From Chiloscyllium plagiosum (lineage: Eukaryota), in NCBI RefSeq assembly GCF_004010195.1, contig NC_057734.1, forward strand, positions 28,435,176 to 28,499,175: a DNA stretch of 64,000 nucleotides, given 5' to 3'. Position numbers and translations under genes: made by a program. Below, piece by piece: positions 11,525 to 24,495 of this stretch. How positions within the stretch are numbered: position 1 is the first letter of the stretch; the number at the start of each line of letters is the position of its first letter. The notes under the pieces were generated by a model. That model was given only the letters and a program-made list of their open reading frames with translations. It ran no database searches and was not told where the DNA came from.

Positions 11525-12824
11525 AATGCTGGGCTAATCCCTTTCCACCTCTCCTGGTTGCTGCTCACTCATGTTCAACAAACCTGAAATCCAAAGCACC
11601 AAACAAACAGCAAGAAGCCTCGAATGTGTAACTTTGCTGTGATTCCTTGGAGCTGAGTCGTACATGGCAATCTGCCACAACATATCAGCAAATTACCAGG
11701 ACATCTTACTTGCAAGAAAAAGATGGTTTCCCTTAACTTTAGCACTGAGTGTGACCAAACTTCTCCCGAAAGGAGAACTGATGCAGCACTATAGAAGATT
11801 TCAGTGATAGTCTCAAGTGTTTGTTAAGTATTTCTTTGACAGTGTCGAATGTGTGATCTTTATGTAAAGGCTCCAGGGGAGAGAAAAACGTTGCAGTTCA
11901 CCCAAAGGTCAATGTAGTTTTTATAGATTTCAGTTATTCCTACAACATGTCGGGGGAAAAACTGCACTCCTTGAATATGATTTCAAATCTTACAGTCAAG
12001 AGTTTCAATTTCAGCACAACTTAAATCAGTCAGTAATATTTGTAATATGTTATTAATTTTATATACCTATTAGCCCTTATTTAACCATTTATTCCAATTT
12101 ATTTTTCCTTTCCCATTGCCTTTGTGGTAAATGCAGTTCAAATTCAATTAATGTCCTGTGCTAATTTTACCTAAGAATTTTTCCTCCCCAGAGGTCTTAA
12201 GTGACCCCATTGTACTAATTACACTGATTTATTGATGGCACTAAGTTAATGTGTTGTCAGCCCATTAATATGCTCTTTACTCTCCAAATTATAGCTCTTT
12301 AAGCCACTTGCTGAAGTGGAAGGGAATTCAAGCTTTCTTCCTTCACTCTAGTATTTTGCAAAGCATTATAAAATTATTCCACATGTACTCCAATGTTTAA
12401 AATTATGTCAGTGTGGGAAGTTTGCCTGTTAATATCTCTCTGAGGTTAATGTGTGGTAACTTAAAGTAATTCCACTCCTCCACATCACTTCATTAAGTAT
12501 TCATACATTTCTATAATATTTGCAGAGATTTAAAAGGTCATGAAATTCCTTAATCCTTCAGTTAACTTCCTTCTGTGTAGCAAAGTCTTAGAGCATTTCC
12601 AACTTTCTTCTTTAATTACACACCATCAAATGATAGTGGAGGAAGAAGCAATTGATCTAGACATTTGGCTGTTCCTTTGGGTGTTCAAATAACTGTGCTC
12701 ATTGCATTGTTAAACAACTCTTCCATATAATTATAACCAACAGACTATATACAAAAACTAGACTTACTTTCCATCTTGCACTCCCGTTTGGTACTGATAT
12801 CTGCCAAGTCTAGATCAGATAACC

Positions 12825-13620
12825 CTGAAACTATCTCAAATGCTTGATCAACAAATGAAGCTGGCTGTTTCATTCTGTCGCTATGCAGTAGTGACATGAG
12901 TGGTGTCCACCATTAACAGGGCATATCCATCATGCCAATAAAACATTCTATCTGTTATACCAATGAGTAATGTGGGATATGAATTTCAGTGTGATGCTTG
13001 GTATATGGGCTGTATATCTAGTAGAATGGCAGATCATATCAAATTGAAACAAATTGACAATAAAACCATTTCAAAACACCCTCCAGCTGTTTGCAACACG
13101 TAAGGCACTAACTGTACCCATCCCGCCCATATTTGCTAAGCCAACAATGTCCAACATTGGATTTGATTCTGAGATTAGACATTTATTAAATAATCTTAAA
13201 CATGCTAAGAATTATACTGACAACCAATTTAAGATTGTTAGCCTGGCTGCAGCATGGCACACATTAATGCACTGAAAGCTGCATTTTGAATACAGAGTAT
13301 GTGTTCTTCAGAGACCGAGGAAACATGCACACACATTGTACCTGCTTCAACTCAACAAAACAGGTGACAGACATTCTCTAGGCACTACCTTGATCAATCA
13401 GAGTCAAACTATTTGGTTTAAATTTAAACAAAGCTAGACAGTTAACTGTCAGTTATTACCTAACCTGTGTTTTGTTTATACATGAACTAGAGTTTGTTTG
13501 CTAACTGCTCAGTACTCTGTTCCCATACAATAGAACAGAGGCAGTTCTTCCTTTATATTGGTATTTCTTATGAACTGTCCTGATGATTGCAAGATAAAAA
13601 GTGTATTTTCTCAATAAATC
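12825..13620 (+). mobile_element. Penelope-like element 3' remnant (GIY-YIG endonuclease)
   Basis: Translates SNVGYEFQCDAWYMGCISSRMADHIK (GIY-YIG-like Y...YxG) and HLLNNLKHAKNYTDNQFKIVS. Confidence 0.75.
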
Positions 13621-14087
13621 CACATAATTTTGCATGCCATAATCATGTGTCTACTGCTGCACTTTATACGTTTTCGCCATTAAACACATTACAGGGAACA
13701 TGATCTCAGAAGTGTCCAGCTGAAAATGTGTAATTTTCAGAGATTTAAGAAAGCCAGTTGTAAGAAGCAACAAAGACAAGTTAGAACAACAGACTGCCAG
13801 TTTAAATTACTGAATTAATCAGAATGGCTGTGAGTTTACAATCCCTTATGATCGAAATGAAAGATGATAAGAGACATGTTTTGAATTTCTTCTAGTGTGA
13901 TGGCAAACTATACCACTATAATATAGCTACAGAATTAACTAGGGAGCCTGAACAAATTAGGATAACAACACTGTTATCAGTACTGGAGAGAGTGCTCTAA
14001 ACTGTATTGTGCCATGAATCTCACTGCGGATCAGAAAAACAGACTACAAAAACCTTGAAGTCACAGTTGAATCCTCTATTAATGTCA

Positions 14088-14122
14088 AGAGAGAGAGAGA
14101 TAGATAGAGAGAGAGAGAGAGA
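14088..14122. repeat. (AG)n microsatellite
   Basis: Interrupted AG run. Confidence 0.9.
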
Positions 14123-14424
14123 ATGTTGATCAATATGTGGTGGCACTTGTAGAGCTCACTATTTTGGACAATTCAATGAGAAGATTGTCTTTGCCTCATG
14201 AGATCCCACCAGAGCAGTATGTCTGCTGAAAGAGGAGGAAGGAAAAAAGTTATTGACATATGCTCTACCGCAATGAGGAGTAGCGTATTTTTTTAATGAA
14301 AAGGCAGTTGTTTAGAGAAATATAATATATTTTGGCTTGCTTTAGTCATGTGACCTGTGCTGCATCTTACATTAGAAGTAGTGGTCATTAAAATACGCTG
14401 TGTGAAACAATATTTTAGAGAAAA

Positions 14425-15760
14425 ACAGAGTCATAGATTAATAAAGGTCTGCAGCAGAGAAAAAGACTGTTAGGCTCATCAGGTCTGTGCCAGTTAAAAA
14501 CAACCACCCAACCACTATTATCCCATTTTCTAGCACTTTACCCAGCCTTGTACGTCTGGGTATCGTAACAGCATGTCTAAATATTCCTTCAAAGTAATGA
14601 GGGCTTCTGCCTGGACCACCCTTACAGGCAGTGAGTTCCAGATTCCCACCACCCTTGAATGAAAAAAAATTCCTCACATCCCCTCTAAACTACGTGCCTC
14701 TTCTCTTAAATCTATGCCCCTGATTACTGATCCCTCCACCACTGAATAAAGTTTCTCCCTATCTACCCTGTCAAAGCCCGTCATAACTTTGATAAATCTG
14801 AATTGCGTCCCCCACCCCCGGGTTTGCTCTGCTCCATGGAAAACAACCCTAGTCTATCCGATCTCTCTTTGTAACTTAAATTCTCCAGGCTAGGCAACAT
14901 CCTGCTCAATCGCCTCTGTAACCTCTCCAGTGCAATCGCAATACTCCTACAATGTGGATTTCAGAACTGCATACAATACTCCAGCTGTGGCTTAACTAAC
15001 TATTGATACAGTTCCAGCATAACCTTCTTGTTCTTAAACACAGTGCCTTGGCCAATATTGGCATCTATCCCATATGCATACCACGGTCCCTCTGATCTTT
15101 GGTGCTTTCCAGGCCCTGCCATTCATCATGTATTCCTTTGCCTTGTTTGTCCTGACCAAGTGCATCATCTCACATTTATCTGGTTTGAATTCCACTTGCC
15201 ACTGATCAGCCCATCAGACTAGCCTATCTACATCCTCCTGTAATCTAAGGCTATCCTCCTCCCTATTTACCATCCCACTCATTTTTGTAAGACCCGTGAA
15301 CTTACTGATCAACTGTCCTACAATCAAGTCTTTATCATGTATATATCTGTACACTTTTAAAGAGCAAGGGCCCCAACAATGGTTCCTGTGGAGCCCCACT
15401 GGACATAAGCATCCTGTCACAAAATCACCCACATCCCTGACCATCATATTCTGCTTTTTGAAAGTTAGTCAATTCTGTAACCAACTTGCCAAATTTCCTT
15501 GCCAAAGCTCTTCCCTTTGTTATCAATCTTGCACACAGGACCTTGTCAAATGCCTTGATAAAGTCCAAGCAGACTAAGTTGAATGTATTGCCCTCATCTA
15601 TACACCTGGTTACCTCTTTAACAACTTATTCGGCATCTCTGTTATTTCCTTCTTGCCTCACTCAGTAGGCTGGGATACATTCCATCTGGCACTGGGAGAT
15701 TTATCTATGTCTAAACCTCCAGACCACTTAGAACCTGCCCTTGCTAACTTCTTTCAGTAA
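14425..15760 (-). mobile_element. Old CR1 LINE (RT to 3' UTR)
   Basis: Minus-strand ORFs LISKFTGLTKMSGMVNREEDSLRLQEDVDRLV and MRNFFS; CR1 RT similarity. Confidence 0.85.
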
Positions 15761-16984
15761 ATCACAGAACAAATGTGCTCATATTACTTACTTGTATCTC
15801 AGAAAGATTACTTATCAAATACTTATTAAACTAGGTACAAGTTTGACTTGGTTAAACAAAATTCGAAGTCAATAGATTTTATGTTAATATGTGTTAATAT
15901 TCTGAATTGAAATAATATTAATGTAATGCATGGATGTGCATTAACTATATCAAGAGGCACTGGTTCAATTAAACATGATCACAATGGATAAGCAGCTAGA
16001 AGATGATTAAAGCATTACTTTATTGAAAAGCACTGTAACAATTGATTCTATTTCTGCAGAACATCAAACACGTTATGTAACCTAACTTGACAAACACAGG
16101 TATATTAATGAAAACCAGTTTGACACAGTTATTTATATGCAAATAGACAGCAGAGACAGATGGCGTGACAGTAGTCAGCAGTGGTCTAAAACATGTTATT
16201 ACAAACCAATTATTGCTGTTTGACAGGAGATGGAGGAACATGCTGCTCTCTTTATTGAGGCCAGACAGGTAAATAACGACTACTACTTTTCCTTGGAGGT
16301 ATAATGAAAATAAAATTGTTCAGCTTATTATTTGAAATAATATATCATTCTACTTAATCAGAATTTCCTGGACTCCAAATTCAACAGCTTGTGGCCACAA
16401 AAATGAGATGCTTAAAAACTTCCTTCTTCTTGAATCATACTTAAAATACTCCAATGCGACAATTATAAATGGCAACAGTGGCACATGGGCAAAGCAGTTT
16501 CAGAAACCCACCATTTTATCTGAGATATCAGTCAGCGAGACAAAAAGGAAACACCAGCAACTAGAAGCTTTGCAGTCTGTAGCTGCTGACCTCCTGGCTG
16601 AAAAGCTGCAAATGTTCTTTCCAGTGCATTAATATCCTCAAGTCGAGACATTGTGTAAGAAAATCTTGAGAGGAAATTGGATGTGAAATAAAACATTAAG
16701 TGTTGTGGGGTATTGTGGAATGAACACAATTAGATTGCTGACATAGATACAGTGGACCAACTGGTCTCCTCTTGCATTACATCATTTAATGGGTGTTGTC
16801 CCTGTGGCTGCAACAGGAACACTCTGCCGATATTTACAAGTAATTTAGTAAAACTTGTATTTGAATGTTTTTGATGGAAAGGAGGGTAGAAGGAAACTAT
16901 ATGCATTTCGATATTCCTTGTACTCACATGAAAACTCTGTCTCAGTAATGTGAAGAGACACTTCGCCACATTTTTACATTAACT

Positions 16985-18300
16985 CATAGAATACGGTAAG
17001 GCCAGCAGTTAACTCTCATCGTTATAACAGCCCTGGAGATGGTGTTGGCAAGCCACCTTCTTGAACCACAACAATTGACTCTGTATTGGTAACTGCAGTG
17101 CTATTAGGGACGGAGTGCCAGATGTTGACCCAGTGACAAAGCAGGAATAGTGATGTGATTCCGAGTCAATTCTGTCTAAGACTTGGTGGGGACCTTGCAG
17201 GTGGTAACTCCCATGTATCTGCTGCCCTTGTCCTTCTCAGGAATGGCGGTGTGGATTTGGAAGGTGCTGTCAAAGAAGGCTTAGTGCATTACTGCAGTGC
17301 TTTTTGTGGGTAGTGCGTATTGTACTAGTCGGAGGAGGAAGCAAGCGACTCAAGTGATAGCATGGGTGATAGTGAAGTGGCAACTTTGTCCTGAATGTCT
17401 CATAATTACTGTTAGGGCTGCTACTTTCTTTGTATCCTGACAGGTGCCTTGAAGATGCCAGAAAGACTGTAGAAGTAAGGATATGAGACATGTACCATAG
17501 AATACTCAGCTTTTGACTTACTCTTGAAGCATTCAGGCAGCTGAGCTGGATAGGTTTCTGATTGATGGTGACGTTCCTGGATGTTGGTAGTAGAGAAATT
17601 GATACGGATGATGCCATTGAAAATCATAAACAGCTGGTTCGACTACCTCTTGTTGAAGATGACCATTGCCTTGCACTTTGCAACACAAAAGCTACTTGTA
17701 AGTCATCAGCCCAAGCAGCCCAGAGAGTACTCCATTATCTGAAATGTTAATAATGAAGCTTAATGCTCTCGATCATCAATAAACATCTACACTTCAGTCT
17801 TATGATTGAAGGTCATGAAAGTAGTACAAAATATGATTGAACTTCAGACACTGTATTGAAGAACTCTTGCAGCAATGTCTTAGGACTGAAATGATTATTC
17901 TCTAATAAATGCACAATTTTCCACTGCACTAAGTATGATTCCAGCCAGGGGAGAATGTTCCCTAATTCCGGTTAACTTGATCTTCACATTGATGCCACAC
18001 TGGGACAAATGCTGCGTTGATGTACAATGCTGCCACTCTGACTTCACCTCTAGACTTAAGCTCTTTGGTCCACATGTACCAAGGCTTTAGTGAGGTTAAG
18101 AGCCTACTGGCGCTGTAAGAATCCAAATGGAGCCTCAGTAAGTCGATTATTGCTGAGTAAGTGACATTTGAAGGCATCGTTAATGATGTCTTCTATCACT
18201 TTGCTGATGATCAAAATTAGATAAATTTGCAAATATTCACTTAATTGGATGCGACTTCTTTTCTGTTCAGGACGTACATTGGCAACTTTCTATTTCACAG
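16985..18300 (-). mobile_element. LINE family 2 remnant
   Basis: MWTKELKSRGEVRVAALYINAAFVPVWHQ matches the family-2 RT at 40803-41340. Confidence 0.8.
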
Positions 18301-20544
18301 GAACAGAAACAGGGAAGAAAACCTAACCACTACTGAAGATGTCTCTTCATAATGAAAGTGACAAGCTCCAAAATTCTTGACTAATGTAGCTGAGAAAGCA
18401 TCTTCTGGGGAGCATCAATCTAAATAACTTGGGAGCATTGAGGAAACTTGCTTAGACTGTGGAATTGGAATTGTCTCTATGGCCACAAATTTTTCCCACA
18501 GTTTACGTGATAAGTCAGATCATAACAGTATAGGCCACATTTGCTTTTTAGACATCAACCCATTTGTCACAAATACCGAGTTAGAAATAATTATCTGAGC
18601 TGTCTAATCCTTAATTAAGTTAGCAAAAGTATTTACTTGTTTAAGATTGGCAAACATCAGCCATTACAGCTCTATAAAGCAAGGGAAAGGTCAAGATGGT
18701 AAACACCGAGATAGAGGCTGCAAGAACTTTAACATCAAAGTTAGGTCGAAGAATGAATTCCAGGTTCAACTGGCTATGGCAAGAGGCAGTGACTTAAAGG
18801 TTTCTAGATATCCAAAAGCAAAACACAAGTCTAATACAGTCACCAGTTTGCAGTCCATGGAAGAACTGTTGGTATCTGAAGAATGGGAATGAGAGGAGAT
18901 AATTTAAAATGTGGGTGTAGGGAAGGATGCTAAGATTCAGTTGGATGGACAGAAAAACAAGTTAATGGGTTATATCAAGAGGACAAGTTCAGGAGTCAAC
19001 AAGATAGTGAAATATAATTAGAGTGAGAAAGATAGCCAAGTAGAGACATTGGAAACCAAGACCAAACAGCCTTGTCCTGACAACTATCGAAGATGAATTG
19101 ATAGTAAAAACAGAAGGGGGAGAAGAATCAAATGGGTGGACAACATTGAGAAATGGGCAGAGTGAGGCTTGTAGAAAAACAGAGAAAAAAGACAATGCCA
19201 AAGACCTTTAAAGGTCAACTAAGATTAAGAACTGCTGTTGGGTGTCCATGTTTTGCATCTGTCACTTGGAAAAAACGAGCAGGATATTGATGAATTCATC
19301 TGATATTGAAGGAAAACTTAAGGAGACGGGAAGTTAAGAAATGGGACTGTAGTAGTTCATGGAGCTCAGCCTCCTCACCTTGTCCATGTGTGCAGAGTGG
19401 TGTCCCTCAAGCTCTGGAATAATTTTTTCTCTCCAAAGGTGAGCGATGCCTCTACTCCTTTGTGGACTACAGCTGGTTACCTCACCTTAAATCGCCCTGG
19501 AGACAACGTGACCTTGATATATTGAATTCAAGTAAAATACGCAGTCATTGCAATTTTTGTAGTTTGAATTTAGAGCAATATATTAAAAAATATTGCAGAA
19601 CCATAACCTTACATTCAATTGGGAGTACATGTAATTCTCCACATTGTTTCAATTGAATCTGCATGAACTCAGATACAAATGGGCAGAGTCATGATTCAAT
19701 AGGGAAACAAGAATTATGTTGAGACTGATGGAAATAGTCTGGATCAATATTGATTGAGAAACTAATTAATAGGATGGAATAAAATGAATTGTCTACTCCC
19801 ATTTTTACATTTAAGCAAGAGTTCAGATTGATACATCAGTCAGGCTTTTCAAATAATGTGAAATCATTGACATACTTACAAGAATAAAAAAATTTGCTCT
19901 GTAATATATATTTTTTAAATTGCTCATGGAATATGGGCATAACTGGCTGGGCCAGCAATTATTGCCCATTCCCAATTGCCCTGAGAGCGTGGTGGCAAGC
20001 TGCCTTCTTGAACTACTGCAGTTCTTCGGATGTACACCGACAGGGAATTCAAGGATTTGATCTAATGACAGTGAAGGAATGGTGATAAATTCCCAAGTCA
20101 GGGTGGTGTATAACTTGGAGGGTAATCTGTAGGAAATGGAGTTCCCACATAGCAGTTTTCCTTCTGCTAGATGGTAAAGATATCAGGCTTGCAAGGTGCA
20201 GTTGAAGACACGTTGGTGAGTTACTATAGTGAACCTTGTAGATGGTATAGGCTGATGCCACTATCCATCTGTGGTGGAGGGAGTGAACATTGAAGGCGGT
20301 AGATGTAGTGTCAATCAAACGGGTTGCTTTATCCTGGATGGTGTCAAGCTTCTTGATGCTATAAGAGCTGCATCAGTTTGGGCCAACAGAGACCACTGCA
20401 TCACACTCCTGACTTCTCCCTTGTAGATGATAGGCAGGCTTTGGGGAGTCAGGAAATAGTTGCTCACTGAAGGATTCCTATCTTCTAACTTGTTCATGAA
20501 TTTGAAGATATTCTTAAATCAATCTGTTTCATGTCAAGTCCTAT

Positions 20545-21048
20545 GGGAATGATGCTGTGAAACTTGAAAGGGATCAGAAAAGATTTACAAGGATGTTGCC
20601 AGAGTTGGACAGTTTGAGCTATAGGGAGATGCTGAACAGGCTGGGCCTGTTTTCCCTGGAGCGTCAGAGGCTGAGGGGTGACCTTATAGAGGTTTACAAA
20701 ATCACGAGTGGCATGAATAACAGACAAGGTCTTTTCCCTGGGGTGGGGGAGTCCAGAATGAAAGGGCATAGGTTTTGGGTAAGAGGGGAAAGATTCAAAA
20801 GAGACCTAAGGGATAACGTTTTCATGCAGAGGGTGGTACGTGTATGCAATGAGCTGCCAGATGAAGTGGTGGAGGCTGGTACAATTACAACATTTAAAAG
20901 GCATCTCGATGGGTATATGAATATGAAGGGTTGAGAGGGATATGGGCCAAATGTTGTCAAATGGGACTAGATTGATTTAGGATATCTGATTGGTATGAAT
21001 GAGTTGGATTGAAGGGTATGTTTTCTTACTGTTTTTCTCTATGACTCT
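20545..21048 (+). mobile_element. CR1 LINE 3' fragment
   Basis: KLERDQKRFTRMLPEL..RLGLFSLERQRLRGDLIEVYKI; tail ctctatgactct. Confidence 0.95.
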
Positions 21049-21049
21049 A

Positions 21050-21248
21050 AGTTGCTATAGTCTTACCAGACCAGAGAACTACTTTTTCATTACAGAGAGA
21101 TGACTGGTGGCAATTTAATCGGAGGGCCACCATATCTCAGGTGAGGGGAGAGATTGAGAACCTCAGCGGGTGCAGTGATTGAACCCATGCTGTTGCCAAC
21201 GTAGTACTCTGCAAACCAACCATCCAGCCAACCGAGCTAAACTGACCC
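21050..21248 (-). mobile_element. tRNA-headed SINE (second family)
   Basis: Minus strand gggtcagtttagctcggttggc...gggttcaatc; homologous to 28040-28248. Confidence 0.75.
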
Positions 21249-21249
21249 T

Positions 21250-21359
21250 CATAAACCTGTTTACACATGTTATGTGACACCTCTGGAGCAGGTGTGGACA
21301 TGAACCCAGGCCTTCTGGCTCAGAGGTAAGGACAAGTACCACTGTGCCAAAAGAGCCCT
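21250..21359 (-). mobile_element. Short tRNA-like SINE head
   Basis: Minus strand tggcacagtggt (A-box-like) ... gggttcatgtcc (B-box-like). Confidence 0.55.
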
Positions 21360-21687
21360 GGCACAGTATTTATGTGGTGAATCCAGTTCTGTTTCTGTTC
21401 AATGGCAGCCTGCAGGATGTAGAGACTTGGGAATTCAGTGATGGTCATGCTAGTGACCATCCAAAAGCTGGTGGTCAGGTTCTCTCTTAAAGGAAATGGT
21501 CATTGCCTGGCACAATGTGATGCAAATATTATTTGCCATTCATCAGCACAAACATGGATATTGTCTAAGTCTTGCTACACATGGACATGACCTGTCCAGA
21601 ACCTGAGCAGTCACCAAGGATGCTGAACGTTGTGGAATCATCAGTGAAAATTCCCCACTCAGACGTTATGATGGAGGGAATGTTGTT

Positions 21688-21968
21688 GATCATAGAATCC
21701 TTAGTGTGAAAAGAGTCCATTTGACCAATAGGTCTGCACTGACCCTTTAGGGAGCATCCCATACAAACCCAACCCCCTATCAAATTTCTCACAACTCTTC
21801 ACTTACCATGGCTAATCCACCTAACTACACAATTGGACTATGGGAGGAACTGGAGCACCCAGCAGAATTGGGGAGAACATACAAACTCCACACAGACCTC
21901 ACCGAAGGCTGGAATTGATCCCAGGTCCCTAGTACTATGAGGCAATGGTGATAACCACTGAGCCACCA
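21688..21968 (-). mobile_element. HE1-type V-SINE
   Basis: Homologous to 1593-1883. Confidence 0.85.
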
Positions 21969-21969
21969 A

Positions 21970-22478
21970 GTGTCCAGTTCTGATCACCCAGATATAGGAA
22001 GGATATTATGCTGGAGAGGGTTCAGAAGAGATTTACTAGGATGTTGCTGGGCATAGAAGGTTTGAATTATAAAGATAGGCTGGATAGGCTGGGATGTTTT
22101 TCATTGGACCACAGGAAATTGAGAAGTGACCTGACAGAGGTTTATAAAATAATGAGGGTTATAGATAGAATTAATGGCAGGTGTCTTTTCCTGAGGATGA
22201 GGGCATAGTTTTAAGGTGAGGAGAGAGAGAGATTTAAAAAGACATGACGGACAAATGTTTTACACAGAGGGTGGTTCGCATGTGCAATGAACTCCCTGAG
22301 GATTTGGTGGATGTGGGTTCAATTACAATGTTTAAAAGAGATTTGGGTAAGTACACTAATAGGAAAGGTTTGGAGAGACATGGGCCAGGAGCAGTCAGGT
22401 GGGATTAGTTTAGTTTGAGCTTCTGTGTGACGTGGACTGGTTGGGCTGAAGGATCTGTTTCCGTGCTGTATGACTCTA
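21970..22478 (+). mobile_element. CR1 LINE 3' fragment
   Basis: LERVQKRFTRMLLGIEGLNYKDRLDRLG; tail tatgactct. Confidence 0.95.
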
Positions 22479-22749
22479 AGGTCTAGGAACTCTATTGTTG
22501 AACACGCCTGTTGAAGGAATGAGTTTCACCACTATAAATAATAGCTTGATGAAATACAAGCTACTAAATTCAAGGTGATTTACCAAAAGTATACTGGGTC
22601 ATTGCTGAACTGGAGGCCATCCATTCTCAAAAACGTCTATTGAAAAGAACAGGGATGATCAATGTGCCAATAGGGCAAATTGATATTTGAGACTCGCTTA
22701 ATGAATAGAAAATCACTCAAATATTAATGAATATTTATAGGATGCTGAC

Positions 22750-22775
22750 TATATATATATATATATATATATATA
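22750..22775. repeat. (AT)n microsatellite
   Basis: Perfect TA run. Confidence 0.95.
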
Positions 22776-24419
22776 AAGATGAAAAATGATTAAGTTAGGT
22801 TTCCAACAATGCAACCTTATAGCACAAGGTAAATGGTTAGACTGCAGGTATTCACTACAAGTATGGAGCAGAAGCAATTACTCAGTTCATTTGAAGTGAA
22901 GCCTGATTTTACAAAACAAGGAGAGTTAAGCAAGGCACTTTTCCGCTCACTAGTAATGTTAAAATATGCCTTAAAATACCATCAAATATCTGTTCTCATA
23001 AATCAAAACTTCTTCATCAACAGAATGTGGGGACCTCAAATCAAAACCCAGCTGCTTTGTTATGAGCAATCCTTCTGCCCGGTTTAACATCTTCCCTTTG
23101 GGACCACATATTAAAGACAAAGCTAATGTCCTTTAGGTAAAAAAGCTTGCCACTGTTGCCTAGTCCAGGACACATGTAACTCCAGACCCACAGCTGCAGT
23201 TGTCTAAAAGGGCTTATAAACTTAAAAAACTGAAGAAGCACAAAACTCCAACAACCCAACTAACATCAGCTTAGGAATTGGAAATGACAAAGGCACACCC
23301 TGCCTGCAGAGACAACCTCACTAACATTTGGGACTTTGCCAAATTTGAGGAAGCTGTCCTATAGACAGGTCAAGTAACTGCCCCCATTACTATACTGATC
23401 AATTATTACCTCACAGCCACACAGCCAAAGTCCCCGATCCCTCAACCGTCCCATGTCTGTGCTCTCTCATCAGTAGGATAGATCCACCAAGGGAAATGGC
23501 AACATGATATAAAGGTAGTCTTCAACATTGGCTCTGAACACCATCAGGTTTCATGACAAACACATGCAAGAAAACTGCATATTGCTACCACCTTTCCACA
23601 GCAGCAGCAACAATAAGGTGCCAACTTGGTGAAAGTACAATACAGGATTAGGTACATGATAAAAATGAGAAGCAGCATGTCACAGATGGACCTAAATGAC
23701 CCACTACCAACAAACCAAACCGAAGCCCTGCAGACCTGATACATTCAGTCATGAATTAGCGAAAGAGGCTCCATGTATATATCCCAATTCTCAATGATAG
23801 GGGAGGCCAGCTAATCAGTGCAAGAAGCAAGGTTGAAGCATTTGCAGCCATTTTCAGCCAGAGATGCCCAGTCACCTCACAGGTTAGAGTCTTCAGCCAA
23901 TTCAGTTCACTGCTCATGATATCAAGAAGTGGCTGAAGACACTGGATGCAAGAAACGAACGGGCCCCGACAATCTCCTAGCTGCATAATTTCCAATTTGT
24001 ATTCCAGTGCAAGAAAGCTAGTCCCCTTCCAATACTGGCACCTCCCTGGTGCGGTTTAAAAATATCCTGTGCACATCAAGCAGATCCAATTCAATCTGGC
24101 CATTTCCAGCTCCAATAGTTTACTCTCAAGCTTTGGCAAAGTGTTGGAAAGATTAATTGACAATGCTATCACAGGGCAGTCACACAGCAATAACTTTCTC
24201 ACTGTTGCTCATTTGGGTTCTGCAATAAAAAAAAAGAAACTTGCTGGGAATATTCCAACAGGTCTTGCAGAATCAGTGGAGGAAACAGGAGTTAACATTA
24301 AGGGCCATGCTTTTTTCAACCAGTCATGATTTGGAGACGCCGGTGTTGGACTGGGGTGGACGAAGTTAAAAATCACACAACACCAGGTTATAGTCCAACA
24401 GGTTTAATTGGAAGCACAC

Positions 24420-24448
24420 TAGCTTTCGGAGCACTGCTCCTTCATCAG
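24420..24448 (-). ncRNA. Minimal hammerhead ribozyme motif (family B)
   Basis: CTGATGA A GGAGC agt GCTCC GAAA GCTA; helix I CAC/GTG. Confidence 0.75.
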
Positions 24449-24466
24449 GTGGTTGTGGACAACCAC

Positions 24467-24495
24467 CTGATGAAGGAGCAGCACTCCGAAAGCTA
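24467..24495 (+). ncRNA. Minimal hammerhead ribozyme motif (family B)
   Basis: CTGATGA A GGAG cagca CTCC GAAA GCTA; helix I CAC/GTG. Confidence 0.75.

Larger units (their letters stand above)
19915..21690 (-). mobile_element. LINE family 2 3' part, interrupted by CR1 and SINEs
   Basis: PQSLPIIYKGEVRSVMQ and SLHHRWIVASAYTIYKVHYSNSP; resumes near 21360 with ..GIFTDDSTTFS. Confidence 0.8.

Noticed and set aside
12768-12873. Minus-strand ORF MKQPASFVDQAFEIVSGLSDLDLADISTKRECKME ending at a gtaagt donor
   Set aside because: About half is the antisense of the Penelope remnant; no homology recognised
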